From Stegostoma tigrinum (lineage: Eukaryota), in the NCBI RefSeq assembly GCF_030684315.1, contig NC_081396.1, forward strand, positions 4,774,001 to 4,838,000: a stretch of DNA of 64,000 nucleotides, written 5' to 3'. The stretch's first letter is position 1, and the number at the start of each line of letters is the position of its first letter. Positions 1 through 10,914 of the stretch are shown piece by piece. The notes below the pieces were generated by a model that was not told where the DNA came from, searched no databases, and worked only from the letters and a program-made list of their open reading frames with translations. A program made the translations under genes and the position numbers.

Positions 1-77
1 GTTCGACAGAGCAGTCTACACATGCCAGGTCGAACATGAAGGGCACAGTCAAAGTCACAACATCACCGGACCTCAGG
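1..77 (+). CDS. IgNAR: IgNAR constant domain C3, 3' end of exon (partial)
   Basis: Translates FDRAVYTCQVEHEGHSQSHNITGPQ, with the C1-set YxCxVxH motif, and ends at a phase-1 donor CAGG|GTAAGA. Resembles the end of shark IgNAR C3. Confidence 0.9.
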
Positions 78-399
78 GTAAGAGATGCATTCCGACAGAA
101 ATGATACTAATTGTGACCGCTGATGCAAAACAAAACACTTAATTTATCAAGCGGTGTGAAAAGCATGAAACAAGTTCGAATTGAGATCATGCAGTGTGTA
201 ACTCAATTCATTGTGAGTTTTACGGAAGCATTGTTCATAATTCAAATCAGAGAAAGGTGCTTCCCTCTATATTGACAACATATGAGAGTTTACGAGATTC
301 ATTTGTTGTTTGACAATACTTGGAGAGGGAGTGGAAATGCAGAATCCATTGCTGGTAACGGCCTCAAGGATAAGGAGATTGTGGGGAGGGGAGCCATCG

Positions 400-765
400 A
401 GAAGTGATCTCATTGAAACTTAGGAAACACTGACAGACCGAGACAGGGTGTATGTGGAGAAGCTGTTTTCACGAATATGTTGACTAGGACCCGACGACAA
501 ACCCTCAGCCATAGGGAGGACCATATAGAGCGGAACCAAAGAGGATAATCTTTGCCCAGGAAGTGATGAATCCATGGATATCTCTACCCCAGGGAGCTGT
601 GGAGGTAAAGTCATTGAAATCATTTAAGATAGGGGTAGATTGGCTGGTGCTCAGTACCGGGAGAAGGCGGGACAATGGGTTTGAGAAACACATCAGCCAT
701 GATCGAATGACACAGCAGACTTGATTGAACCTTCTGATTCTGCTCCGAAATCTTTCGGTTTTGTG
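400..765 (+). mobile_element. Degraded CR1-type LINE 3' fragment in the C3-C4 intron
   Basis: Diverged match to the 3' end of the CR1 copies at 14.3-14.7 kb and 26.8-27.2 kb (gaagctgttt...actaggac...gctgtggagg...tcattt aag...gtagat). Confidence 0.6.
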
Positions 766-2009
766 GTCGGAAGATGACTTCGTAATATGTGGTGTAAATA
801 ATATTTGAAAATAAAACATAATGTGTTTGGTACTTTGTTCCAAGATCAGGAATTACCCGTTGACCTTGAGCATTGGGCTACAATTTTATGCGTGTTATGG
901 GGCTCTTTACCTTCAATCATGGCACCAAAACAGAGATCAAGTGAGAATAAAATTTGATTAACAGAGATAAACTTGATCTCATCGAGCCGACTTTAGACGA
1001 TTTCTGCCATTAATTGATGTGGCAGCACGATAAATTCTGGTGGGAATGCCGGAAATAAAATGAATTATCTAAGCAGTAGAGCGACAATAAGTTAGCCTGG
1101 ATTCAGGATGGATATGTTTAAGCAGTGAGCTGTGGGTGTATGAAAATTACCAGTGCAAATATCACGTGAGTTTGCACCGTAATAGAAACTCTCCCTCTTG
1201 ATTTTTTTTTTGTTCTGTGAAGACATTTAAAATTGCAGTTAGATGAATAAATTGGAACTAGAGCCCATTCATTATCTCAGTGAATAACGCATGGTGGAGG
1301 GAAGGCTTGAGGGGACACGGGTCCTCCTCTATTTCCGCTGTTGAATTCTGTGTCTCGTTTTCAGGTCAACTGCAACTTTGCACAATGAGGAATAATATTT
1401 CATGAGGTACTTTAGAAACGATCTCACACCAATAATGCAACTTATTTTCCATCGTGTTAAACTACATTGAGCAGCATTTCCGTGAAAGTTCACCACTCGT
1501 AAAACATAGGAAAATATCCATAATTACGAAACGAATAAGAGAATGACTACTTTTGATTACAGGTTTACTGAAATTGTTATTTTTCTCCGCACTCACCAAG
1601 ACCAGCAAAATTTACACACATGCCTCATGAAAGTAAAAATGAATTCATTATATTGATTGGAGATTAGTTCAAAAATATCAATAGTTGGCCTTATGTGATG
1701 GAAGAACCGTGAAAGGAAATAACTCCATGAGTTAAATCATGGTACCATTGATTCTTATTTTTCACACACGATTCACTTGTTTCAAAGCTTGTTTGCTTTG
1801 GTAATAATTATACAGGAAATTTTATAGGTAATCAACAATGTTTTCACAAGTCAAAATATATAGACAACACTAAATATCGTTGCAGGAATAGTTGGAAGTT
1901 GACCTCTCAAAAGTGTTTTTCTATGCATTGTGAGTCAATAGACTGAACACTGATGTTTTATTACTCAAGAAGCATTTCTTCATTGATTCTGATTTCTGCT
2001 CCATTGTAG

Positions 2010-2315
2010 TTTCAGAGTGCCATGATTACACAGCTAAAATACTACCGCCACCAGTTGAACAGGTCTTACTGGAGGCCACGGTGACATTAACCTGCGTTGT
2101 GTCCAATCTTCATTTTGAAGCCAACTTCACCTGGATACACGACAAGAAGACTCTGAAATCAGAACTTGTTGACCAGTCCGGAGAGCATTCCGAAGGTGTG
2201 ATCAGCAATTTAGATATTTCTACTGAAGCCTGGCTGAGTGGGGATACATTTGAATGCGTAGTGAACAATCAGTATCTACCGACTCCACTGAGAGACTCCA
2301 TCCACAAGGAGAAAT
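2010..2315 (+). CDS. IgNAR: IgNAR C4 exon
   Basis: Acceptor ttgtag|, open frame (V)[32 protein letters not shown]...W...[28 protein letters not shown], phase-1 donor AAAT|[22 protein letters not shown] is characteristic of IgNAR C4. Confidence 0.95.
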
Positions 2316-2767
2316 GTGAGTTAAGAAATGAATGCACAAAGCATTTATAATTTAGATCCAGTTTCATCGATGGTCTGTATTGATTGGTATTAACGTAGCT
2401 CCCTTGATGGCATTGATGATACATTTCCTGACAAGAAAGATAAATAAAGAATGAGGGAAAAATAAAAACTCGATTAACGGATATTCTGTCGTGATTATAT
2501 TAAAAATGGGAAGCGAACTGGAGTTTTGTGATATAAACTCCAGTAATGACAAATGTATAAAATTTCCGAGTTCTGGGCTAATGGCATGCAGATGACATTT
2601 GAACTTTTTTTTGTAATGAATAGAACGGATACTATTCTGCTCCTTTTCAAAAAATGAAAGTGAATAAATCCCAAATTAAACATGGAATCGATGAATATTG
2701 GGTAAAATTCCAATCCTGTTTCCTAAAGATTTAAACGTAATTCCTTTTTTGTTCAAACATTTTGTAG

Positions 2768-3159
2768 TAATAAATCCTCTGGAGCCATCGGTGTCGATCC
2801 TCCTGCCAACGACAGAAGAAGTCTCCGCACAGAGATTTCTTTCCCTCACCTGTTTAGTGAGAGGCTTCAGGCCGCGAGAGATCTTTGTCAAGTGGACAAC
2901 AAATGACAAGCCAATTAATCCCAGTAACTACAAGAACACCGCGGTGACGGCAGAGAGCGACAACACTTCATTCTTTTTGTACAGCCTATTAACAATTGCA
3001 GCGGAGGAGTGGGCCAGCGGTGCTTCTTACTCCTGTGTGGTGGGACATGAAGCGATTCCATTGAAGATCATCAACAGAACGGTTGATAAAACCAGCGGTA
3101 AACCGAGTTTTGTGAATATTTCGCTTGCACTGATGGACCCCATCAATTCATGCCAATGA
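2768..3159 (+). CDS. IgNAR: IgNAR C5 exon plus secretory tailpiece
   Basis: Acceptor tttgtag|; [13 protein letters not shown]...[16 protein letters not shown]...[51 protein letters not shown]. The tailpiece has the NxS glycan site and a penultimate Cys. An internal donor AGCG|GTAAAC after 3097 serves the membrane form. Confidence 0.97.
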
Positions 3160-3185
3160 AATTTTGAGGTTACAGTAAAGAATTA

Positions 3186-3200
3186 AATAAAAGTAATAAA
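3186..3200 (+). promoter_or_regulatory. Tandem AATAAA polyadenylation signals of secreted IgNAR mRNA
   Basis: AATAAA at 3186-3191 and 3195-3200, 27-41 nt after the secretory stop, followed by a GT/T-rich tract. Confidence 0.85.
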
Positions 3201-4329
3201 GTGTTTTCTTTCATCAAATTGTCATTTAAATAGACAATCGTTTAATTTATGGTATTTCCCACTTTTCATAATATTCCGCCCTTCCAGTAAAAGTCGATAG
3301 TTAGCAAGACTCGGACTCGTGTCTTGTGCAGTTAATGCTCCTTGCTCAGACCAGTCCTTGGTCAGTGACAGACAAAAGCTCAATCATTACACGATTCGGC
3401 AAAGCACCTTCCCCATCTTAAATGTTACTGCGACAAAATTTGACAAAGTCTATTCCATCACAAATGAGCATCACGGATTTTGATCTTGGTTTCCCTGATT
3501 CCACAATCGCCCATGTCTTGAAAATTCATGCCAGCTTTTAAATGCCCCATTGTACCCGCTTGGAGTATACCCTTTCGTGGCATTTCAAACAATGTTTGAT
3601 TGTGGCACACCAAGAAGGAAGTATTGCTTTGGTTCCCAATCATATTGAGTTCAGAGTAACTTGAATTTCTCCTTTTATCGGTGCTATGCCAGGGATCTCA
3701 CACCAGTGCATCAGTTAACAGAATGCATTTTCAAGTCCATACCAAACAGAAGAGAAAGAAATGTCGTTATGTCGAACATCGGGAGAAGCGGGTAGAATGA
3801 TTAATGGATGATATGCGGACTCCTCTTGCCTAGAGTTCTCGTTATATGCCCTCTGTAATGTGATTTGTAGATGACAGGAATCGTCAGCTCATTGCTTACT
3901 GGCCAGTGATTCAAATTTTCCATGCAATATAATTCATTTGAAGCGTATTCTATTCCCTTGATCCCGTTAATCATCTGTTAACATTGTTTCTGCGTCATCC
4001 AAACCAAACTGGCATTGTTCCAGTTTATTTTCAACAGTTCTGACTCAAATTCCTGGAACCCGTGGGATCAGTTCTGGGATACAAACACGGGACATCATTA
4101 TCTTTCACTTGCTGTGGACATATTTTACATACAATTTTCTCAGAAATGTAATTCTCCATCTCTAGAATGGTCGGAATTTGATCTGATGAATTTCATTTCA
4201 GAGACAGAAATTCTGTCTTTGCTACAAAAGTTATTCACGTAGCGCTTATCTGTTCACAACAGTGACAAATGTTCCCTTCACCATCAGGGGCAGAGCTAAT
4301 CATTGGCAATTGATGATAGTTACAAAACA

Positions 4330-5600
4330 GTAAAAAAAACACAGTCCGGTAGAAGAGCAGAAACAAACACAAATGCTCACAAACGCTCTCACGACACAGA
4401 TATACAAGCTCTCACCAAAAGGGGCGTAATTATGTACAAACATAACTACGCATACACATAAGTTGTCACACATACATACATATAGAAAGGCATATTTCAA
4501 TTTAATGTATAAGCTGTCACATAAACTCTGACAAAAAGACAAGTGCATTGAAAGCAACACACCCAAATAAACATGGTTCACCATGAAAAATCATGAAAAA
4601 CATAGACACAAATTAGCACACAAATGCTCTTTAATGCATATCCATTTATAACCATGATACGCACAGATATGCATGTGTAAACACACACATACAATATCCA
4701 AGATGTATCCTCCCATGTAGCCACTCACACACACAGACATATGAGTGCAGAGACAAACTTTAATTTCATCATTATCCCACTTGCAGAAATATAGACATCT
4801 GAGGGAAGAGGCAGCTTAGTTACTTATTTTACAAAACACTTTAATGAACACAACAGGACGGCCACGCATGAACACAATTTCTGAGTCTCACAGGCAGACA
4901 CGGAAGTGCATTGATCAATGCACGGTGGGGTATTTGCAATAAAGGTGAAAAGCACAATATCAAGAAACATTCACACCTAATAGCACAAAAAAATCATATC
5001 AGGAGATGGTTTAGAATGCATTGACATGCAAATAATAACATCACATAAATATAAACATTAATCAATACATGAAGTTACATACGAACATAACATGTTTATG
5101 GAGCACAAACATGAAAATAATTTCAATCTGGCAGACTCTACAATCGATACATAAACACACATTTTCAATAGCACGATACAAAAAAACCACAACGTCATTA
5201 AAAATATGGTAGGTATCAAAAAATGAAGTAGCATATTAACATAGTGTTGATTACACGTTGTGAAATGAATACAATTTACCGACAAAAGCACAAAGATGTT
5301 AATGAGCATACCGGCACCCAAGCAACATGAATATGCTTGCCCATGCATAATCTCCAAAGAGAATACGTGTGAAGGAAGAGACACTGATAACCACATACCC
5401 AAACAATAAAGGGAAAAAAAATACACACCAAGCTGCAGACAGAAAGATAACTAAGGGAGAGTTCACAAAATAAAAAAAACTTAGCGTGGACAGATAATGC
5501 AAACAAATATATGAAACAATGATCGTACTCTAGATCCAATTTATATTCATGATTTGTCGAGCAATTAATAACACATAAAAATGAAAGATCAGTAGTCACA
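4330..5600. repeat. Degenerate CA/A-rich low-complexity tract in the secretory-to-TM intron
   Basis: Strong A/C excess on the + strand with many ACACA/CATA runs. The Cys/Val/Phe-rich minus-strand ORFs here are compositional artefacts. Confidence 0.6.
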
Positions 5601-5986
5601 TTTGAACTCATATTCACTGATGAGCACAATTTTCAACTGAACAGCTGCCACTGCCTATATTGGAAATGCAATGCTATAATTAATATAATCGTTCCTAATC
5701 AGTGAAATGACAACAGAGATTATATTCTCCATTAATATTTTAAATAATGAAATGCGTCAAAATGTTCAGACATGGCTAAGAATGGAAGAACATGTCCAAA
5801 TGGTTTTCGCAAGTCATTGCTGGCAAGAAATAACACTACAATAGGTGGAGATCAAAAGTCAAATTTGAGAATTACCTGAGAGCTTGAAGAAGGTGTAACA
5901 GTTCCCAATGACAATATTTGGAGAAAGATATATCAGACTGGATCAATGAACAACCTCAACTCGTTGTCTTGCCTTTATATTCATAG

Positions 5987-6114
5987 ACTCAAGAGATCAT
6001 AATTGGATTGAAGACTCTGAGGATGATAACGGCAACATGTGGACAACTGCTTCTACATTCATTACCTTGTTCTTCCTGAGCATTTTCTACAGTGCTGCTG
6101 TCACACTGGTCAAG
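5987..6114 (+). CDS. IgNAR: IgNAR transmembrane exon (TM1)
   Basis: Acceptor tcatag|; (D)SRDHNWIEDSEDDNGNMWTTASTFITLFFLSIFYSAAVTLVK; donor AAG|GTAAGA. Acidic spacer plus the conserved antigen-receptor TM motif WTTASTFIxLFxLSxFYSxxVTL. Phase 1 matches the C5 internal donor. Confidence 0.95.
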
Positions 6115-6253
6115 GTAAGACAAATGAAATCATTCGCACCTCAAACAGGCCATTGTGCTTTGTGAAATCTGGTTGTGTGTCAATAAATTAAATTTAAAAC
6201 CTGAATGCCCTGAGCATAAATATTTACATCTTTACCTTATCACTCTTTTTCAG

Positions 6254-6262
6254 GTCACGTGA
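6254..6262 (+). CDS. IgNAR: IgNAR cytoplasmic exon (TM2): GTC ACG TGA = V-T-stop
   Basis: Strong acceptor ctctttttcag| after a 139-nt intron from TM1; phase 0; gives tail K-V-T. Confidence 0.85.
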   Translation, partial: VT

Positions 6263-6749
6263 ATGAATTTTGCACCCTGTAGAATTTCCTCATCTGTTCA
6301 TCCAGGCCACTGAACTGCAAATGTACCATCAGTCATGTTGTTGAAAGTAGCAGTGACATAAATTCAGTTTATGAGTCTGTAAATGAGAAAATCATTGTTG
6401 GGTTTTCAATTTCCCTTGCTTGATAACGTCAAGACAATTAGTGTTCAATAATTTGTAGCTTCCGAATAGGTGAAGTCAATTTGTGTTGTTGTTGTTGCTA
6501 TTCCTTATTCAGAATTGTTGTTCGTCTTTTATGTTGCGCCTGTATTTTTTTTTCTGATGACTGTCACTGATGAGAATGAAATTCAGAGCTCAGATGGTAT
6601 GTGTCATTGACTGAATGTGGCATCAAATCATTATGTTCACTTTTGGTAATTTTAACACAAATATTTCAACAAAAATGCTGTCTGAATCAGGAAATATACC
6701 GAGACTGAATATGTACAAACCTTGAGTTTGCTTTATTCTTTCTTCAAAG

Positions 6750-7216
6750 GCCATCAGGAATGACAGTTGAACAATGGTCGTGATTTTTATAATGACTGGG
6801 CAAATAGGTGTGACCTGTGTGCATAACAGGATGCAACAATGGACTGTTTGCGCTGAAATCAATCTGCCTCTGGATTATGCCATAAGACAGATCGAGAGAA
6901 AAATGGGTTTACATTCATGGGCTGCAAGATGGAGAAGCTGAAGATGGAGAATTTTCCCAAGTTTTAACGTCCCGCCCCGATTCCAGTCAAATGCTTCAGG
7001 GTTATATCTGATTGTGTTTCCTGTCATCATTAGGTTCAAGTTTCTCCATCTTGTGGCCCATTTTTCACTCGATCTGTCGAATGACAAAATCCAGATACAG
7101 AATGATGACAGCACAAGCAGGCCATTGTTGTATCCTGTTATGCACACAGGTCACACCCGTTTGTCCAGGCATCATAAAAATCACAGCCGTTGTTCTATTG
7201 CGAACCTGCTGAAGGC
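6750..7216. repeat. Imperfect inverted repeat (arms ~6750-6947 and ~7035-7216)
   Basis: 6807-6832 (ggtgtgacctgtgtgcataacaggat) is the exact reverse complement of 7132-7157, and similarity extends over ~180 nt. ORFs 6623..6862(-) and 7012..7212(+) share HCCILLCTQVTP. Confidence 0.92.
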
Positions 7217-7410
7217 AGGCAATGGAGTTAGGAAGTTTACTCTGTTCTGACTAAAAGCACAAAACCTCCAGGATCGGTAGACCTTGAGTTACTCACAGAT
7301 AAATTTCCACCTAACATGCCCAATTAAACGTTCATCAGCCAGGGATATCACATTCAGTCGCGAATACAGACTCATTGAGACCTGTCAGACCCATGACAGA
7401 ATTCGGTACC

Positions 7411-7416
7411 AATAAA
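7411..7416 (+). promoter_or_regulatory. Candidate poly(A) signal for membrane IgNAR mRNA
   Basis: First AATAAA I find downstream of the TM2 stop (an ATTAAA lies at 7323-7328). Confidence 0.45.
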
Positions 7417-8339
7417 ATGAACCATTCTCAGCATCTGAAACCTGTCCATTCTGGACACACTGAAGCTTCCTCTGCTAGTCAGATTTTATTTATTCTGGGG
7501 GCTACTCAAGTCATATGAATCCCTTGTGATAACAGCTGTTTCAAAACACCAACCAATTAAAATGATCCTTGGCCAAATCTGATAAATTGGTCAGCCTGGA
7601 GCACCAAAAAACTACGTACATATGTCAGGTATTTTCTTTATTTTCTCAATTTACCATTTAATACTTAAACGTGAATGTTATACCTCAACAAGAGACTGAT
7701 GATCAACTTAAATGCATGCAACCATTACACATGTGAAAATTCACAAAATTAAAATGAATTGCACGCTAAATTAAATTGGGCACACACGGAGAATCTTCCA
7801 AAGTATTGGAGCAAGAGTCGCATTCTTTCACCACTGCTGGAATTCTTCAACGGGCAAAGTGTCTGAAAGAAACACACAGGCAGATTTACAGTGTGGAAAT
7901 CTAAACGACAACAGAAATTGATAGTGTACAAGACATTACGTTCATACTGACTATAGAGGCAGTGCTGTTAAATGTGCGAGATGCTCAGACAAATTTCTGT
8001 GCCTACTCTGTGACAGACACCGAAATTAATCTCGATCCATCACAACATTTCTTTCGAAGCATCTCGCCAGGGTCGTATTTTTTGGAATGTCCCGAATAAT
8101 CCCGAGGTCACAGCACAGTTTACAGGAAATTTAATCGATTGAACCACTCGCTACTTTAAAATGAGCTTCATTTTATCTAATTTTGAGTTGTTTCAATTGT
8201 CAATTATATTTGACCAGCGTCTGAAAGTTTTCAAATCCTTCCTCAGTGGAAGTAATTTCTCACTATCCAATTCTACTAAAACCATCAGGATTTTAAGAAA
8301 ATCAGCCATATTGAAAATTGCTGTTCAACAGAGGAGAAC

Positions 8340-8482
8340 AGTCCTGACTTTGCAATATCGGTGAGGTGCATCATCCGAGGAAACGTGCTGTGATATTGAC
8401 ATGCCGCTGTCTCCAGACTTCGTATTCATCAAAAAAAAATGTCCTCTGAAACTGGACGCAGTTTTCCAGGTGAGCTGAGCGA
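8340..8482 (-). pseudogene. V-set Ig domain relic (D-F strands)
   Basis: Within ORF 8325..8651: SFRGHFFLMNTKSGDSGMSISQHVSSDDAPHRYCKVRT, resembling V-set FRGR....xxGDxSxxIxxVxxxDxxxYxCxV; Asp sits 6 residues before Cys. Confidence 0.45.
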
Positions 8483-8559
8483 CTGTTTTATTTAAGTTTA
8501 TCGTAATTCTTTTCACTTTTACCTCCAACAGTATTAATGAAGAAATGTATTTTCTGCAC

Positions 8560-9030
8560 TTCCCCCCACATGTCATGGCACATTCCTTGATTTGTGCACA
8601 TAGCCAGGGAGGATCCTCAGCAGATCGGATGGCTGGGAGACTCTTTCCCACACGCTGAATGTTGAATGGCTTCTCCCCAGTATCAGATCACTGCTGTGTA
8701 ATGAATTTACAAGACTGCCTGAATATCCTTCCACAGGTATGGCAGCAGAATTGTTTCTCTTCATTATGAGATGGAACGTATGACAGGGGGATGATGGGCT
8801 TAAAAAAATTCCTTCCCACACATGAAGCTAGTCAATGACTACACCCACATAGAGCTGTGCTGATGTTTTCCCAGAAAGGAAAGAATTGAATTCTGCAGTG
8901 CCCACATATCCATGGATATTCTGTGGTGCTGGTCTCCTTATGAATGTGGTCATGCTTTGTAAGCCTGGGTGGATAATTAAATACTCTGCCACAATTCTGA
9001 CATCGCCACAGTTTCTTCATTTTGGTCGTG
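8560..9030 (-). pseudogene. C2H2 zinc-finger gene remnant
   Basis: KLWRCQNCGRVFNYPPRLTKHDHIH, YPWICGHC and TGEKPF...GK...SQPSDLLR fragments broken by stops and frameshifts. Confidence 0.75.
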
Positions 9031-9384
9031 TTCTCTTGTGTCTGCAGTTTGAATGATCAGTTGAAGTCTCATATACACACAGAACACTTAGTTTTGTGTC
9101 AATGTGAATATTGCACTTGTTGTAATATCACCAATTAAAACCCTTCCCATATTCAGTGAGGTTGAAAACTGTCACAAAAATGCATATGTGCCTCAGAGAA
9201 TTTGCAGTCACATTGATTTTTGAACTGTTAGAACACAGACAGGGCAGGCAAATATTTCACATATCATATTTAGAGATCAATTACAGTCAGATCCAGATAA
9301 TTCAGGCGATTGACAAATTTTAGTGCATTGTTTTGTTTGCATTTCCCATCTGAAACTTGCAACACTCTGAAATGAGTTTACCAA

Positions 9385-9598
9385 AGACAACAATATAATG
9401 CTGTGGCTGGAAGAACACAGCAGGCCAGGCAGCATCTGAGGAGCACAAAAGCTGTCGTTTCAGGCGTAGAATGAAGGATCTGGGCCCGAAACGTCAGCTT
9501 TTGGGCTCCTAAAATGCTGTTTGGCCTGCTGTGTTCATCCAGGTCCACAATTTGTTATCGCGGATTCTGCAGCAACTGCAGTTCCCATTATGTCTTGA
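9385..9598. mobile_element. Penelope-derived short palindromic (hairpin) element
   Basis: gctggaagaacacagcaggccaggcagcatc...aaaagctg / cagcttttgggctcc...ggcctgctgtgttcatccag inverted arms; same sequence as the 3' terminus of the Penelope copy at 10.9 kb. Confidence 0.8.
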
Positions 9599-10527
9599 AA
9601 TAAGACTAGTTTTTTTTCGGTTGACATCCAAACTCATTCTAATCATTTCTTTCCTCAAATCTTAGTGTTTTCCCATCATATACCATGGTGTTTTTTAATC
9701 AATTCCATCCCCTATTCCCAATTCCTCCACCTCCGTCACATCTTCTCCCAGGATGAGGCATTCCACTCCCGCACATCCCAGATGTTCACATTCTACAAGG
9801 ACGCAAAACTCCCCCCACAGTGGTCGAGAACGGCCTTGACTGCGTCTCCCGCATTTCCCGCAACACATCCCTCACACCCCGCCCCCGCCACAACCGCCGC
9901 AAGAGGATCCCCCTCGTTCTCACAGACAACGCCACCAACCTCCGGATACAACGCATCATCCTCTGGCACTTCCGTCATCTACAATCCGAACCCACCACCC
10001 AGGCCATTTTTCCATCCCCACTCTTGTCTGCCTTCCGGAGAGACCACTCTCTCCGTGACTCCCTTGTCCACCTCACACTCCCCTCCAATCCCACCACGCC
10101 CGGCACCTTCCCCTCCAACCGCAGGAAGTGCTACACTTGCCCCCACACCTCCTCCCTCACCCCCACCCCAGGCCCCAAGATGACCTTCCATATTAAGCAG
10201 ATGTTCACCTACACATCTGCTAATGTGTTATACTGTACCTATTGTACCCGGTGTGGCTTCCTCTACATTGGGGAAGCCAAGAAGAGGCTTGGGAGCCACT
10301 TTGCAGAACACCTCCGCTCATTTCTCAATAAATAACTGCACCTCCCAGTCGCGAACCATTTTAACTCCCCCTCCCATTCCTCAGACGACATGTCCACCAT
10401 GGGCCTCCTGCAGTGCCACAATGATGCCACCCGAAGGGTGCAAGAACAGCAACTCATATTCCGCTTGGGAACTCTGCAGCCCAATGGTATCAGTGTGGAC
10501 TTCACAGGCTTCAAAATCTCCCCTTCC

Positions 10528-10640
10528 CCCACTGCATCCCTAAACCAGCCCAGTTCTTCCCCTCTCCCCACTGCATCACAAAACCAGCCCAGCTCGTCCC
10601 CCCCACCCACTGCATCCCAAAACCAGCCCAGCCTGTCTCT
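10528..10640 (+). repeat. 39-bp tandem repeat x3 inside the Penelope element
   Basis: cccactgcatc...aaaccagcccag units start at 10528, 10567 and 10606. Confidence 0.9.
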
Positions 10641-10880
10641 GCTACCCTAACCTGTTCTTCCTCTCACCCACCCCTTCCTCCCACGTCAGGCCGCACCTCA
10701 ATTTCCTACCTACTACCACATCCTGACTCCTTGACCTGTCCGTCTTCACCAGATTGACCGACCTGTCGCCTCCCTACCTCCCTACCTGTACTCTCCTCTC
10801 CACCTATCTTCTTTTCTCTCCATCTTCGGTCCGCCTCCCCCTCTCTCCCTATTTATTCCAGAACCCTCTACCCATCCCCC

Positions 10881-10914
10881 TCTCTGATGAAGGGTCTAGG
10901 CCCGAAACGTCAGC
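10881..10914 (+). ncRNA. Minimal type-I hammerhead ribozyme motif in Penelope pLTR
   Basis: CTGATGA-agggtctaggccc-GAAAC-GTC: both conserved core boxes, a stem II hairpin and the palindromic ACGT stem III typical of PLE hammerheads. Stem I is only ~2 bp. Confidence 0.65.

Noticed and set aside
2698-2767. N-terminal extension of the 153-aa ORF ([12 protein letters not shown]...)
   Set aside because: Intronic read-through upstream of the C5 acceptor at 2767/2768.
5026-5033. Ig octamer ATGCAAAT/ATTTGCAT (also 25826, 52332, 57413)
   Set aside because: A few copies are expected by chance in 64 kb of AT-rich DNA; one lies within a LINE; no supporting motif cluster.
5058-5629. Hydrophobic Cys-rich minus-strand ORFs
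   Set aside because: Translations of the TG-rich complement of a low-complexity tract.
10528-10640. Repeat array as a CRISPR-like structure
   Set aside because: Eukaryotic context; head-to-tail minisatellite inside a Penelope element without unique spacers.
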